The position numbers and the translations under genes are program-made. A stretch of 63,109 nt of DNA, the filler included, from Octopus bimaculoides (Eukaryota), in NCBI RefSeq assembly GCF_001194135.2. It is 5 parts of 4 records of this genome, joined end to end, with 100 filler letters (N's around TTAATTAATTAA, not from the genome) between each part and the next. Parts side by side here need not be neighbours in the genome. Positions count along the whole stretch, not along the records: positions 61,433 to 63,109 come from NC_068982.1; 4 more parts are not named here. One strand, given 5' to 3'. Each line of letters starts with the position of its first letter. Positions within the stretch are counted from its first letter, which is position 1. The notes under the pieces were generated by a model. That model made no database searches, was not told the origin of the DNA, and saw only the letters and a list, made by a program, of their open reading frames with translations. This document shows positions 61,923-63,109 of the stretch, piece after piece.

Positions 61923-62905
61923 ACGAAACATAAAATGAATAAGTAGGCCTCACATTTAAACAAAAAGTCAAAAGTTCCTATGAGCTAACACCTTCGTCGC
62001 AGTGAAGGAAATTCCTTAAGAACATCTGCTGCCACTTTTTATCTATCTAGTGATGGTACTCGTAGCTATTATACGGTACCAAAATTGTTGACAGTCATAA
62101 ATCGCTAAGTTACACTCTATTGTCTTATTAGTAATTTAAAACAACACTAGCCACCCCGAGGTTATTCCACAATTTAAAAAGATGTCTCTGTGTGTATGTG
62201 TATGTGTGTGTATGTGTATGTGTGTGTTTGCGCGCCACTACTGTTTGTACTGGTATGTGTATATGCGAGTAGTATTCGTTTAAATCTCCCCTCTTTCTTT
62301 CACCTTCTCTCTCCCTTTCTGTCTCCCCCTCCTTTCTTTCTTTCTCTCTCTCTCCCTCTCCATCACACGCACACTTTTATCATCTTTACACGGAGTACAG
62401 ATTAGCGTGACTGATTGCTTACATCGTAGGAATCTGTCGTTAGCACTTTAATATAATAAAAGATGATGGTTAAGCAACTTGATGTGCACCGACTGAAAGT
62501 AATAAGGAAAATGAAGCTAAAAAAAGTGAACTAAATCCACTTTGAATATAAGAAAATGCTGAACAACACAATTTAGGCTACTACAGCACTCACAAATGAT
62601 GAACGAAATTAGGAGGGAATCTAATTTATAGACAAATAAAATTCTCATTGAAGAATTAATCATGGAAAACAAAGTAGTAGAAATGAGTGAATTAGCTTGG
62701 CCAATAAAAACCGACGTTTTTAAATGATTCAATTAAAGATAGGTGATGTAATAAAACTAGACAGAGAAATTAGATTTAATTTTCGAAAATCACCCAAAGC
62801 AACACCAGTAGATTATAATTATCAAAGCTACAGGATAAATTTATGGCAGCTGCAAAAAGAATAAATAGAAACTAGTATAAAAACTGCTGCAAAAATATTA
62901 TCAGA

Positions 62906-62969
62906 CAACAACAGCAACAACAACAACAACAACAGCAACAACAACAACAACAACAACAACAACAGCAAC

Positions 62970-63033
<64 letters not shown>

Positions 63034-63043
63034 TTAATAATAA
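62906..63043. repeat. (AAC)n(AAT)n microsatellite
   Basis: Read directly from the sequence. Confidence 0.95.
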
Positions 63044-63109
63044 TACCCGGATGCAGTACCAGGCAGTGGCTCTCATGGCTTCTGATCTTAATTGATTGGA
63101 AGTCTTATC
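63044..63109 (+). mobile_element. Start of a Dong-tail-related short element after (AAT)n
   Basis: tgatcttaattgattggaagt is the reverse complement of acttccaatcaattaagatca at ~25676-25696. Confidence 0.65.

Noticed and set aside
144-63076. Long ORFs rich in X, poly-I/L/N/H, YI/HT/LS repeats
   Set aside because: They are translations of N gaps and microsatellites.

Overview
Repeat-rich, AT-rich eukaryotic non-coding DNA with about 10% N gaps. The SINE, LINE and microsatellite content suggests a cephalopod (Octopus-like) draft scaffold; this taxon call is an inference. I found no host protein-coding gene, rRNA or intact tRNA. Nearly all long ORFs in the track are microsatellite or N-gap artefacts, or decayed transposon pieces. 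Recognisable content: (i) Tc1/mariner transposase relics and MITEs, a piggyBac-type MITE and a Helitron 3' end; (ii) RTE, L1/Tx1 and R4/Dong-like LINE fragments, with the Dong-like ones clustered at (TAA)n tracts around 20.8-27.1 kb; (iii) three tRNA-derived SINE families in many copies; (iv) several Penelope-like element (PLE) relics. The most interesting signal is six minimal type-I hammerhead-ribozyme-like motifs (13040, 20218, 26516, 40641, 50347, 53772), five with a palindromic or CpG-decayed stem III. One at 50347-50402 (-) has a fully canonical core. One at 26516-26561 belongs to a GIY-YIG PLE that also carries a tRNA-like Pol III A/B-box cassette in its 3' region. There is also a ~220-bp-arm foldback at 51.5-51.9 kb.
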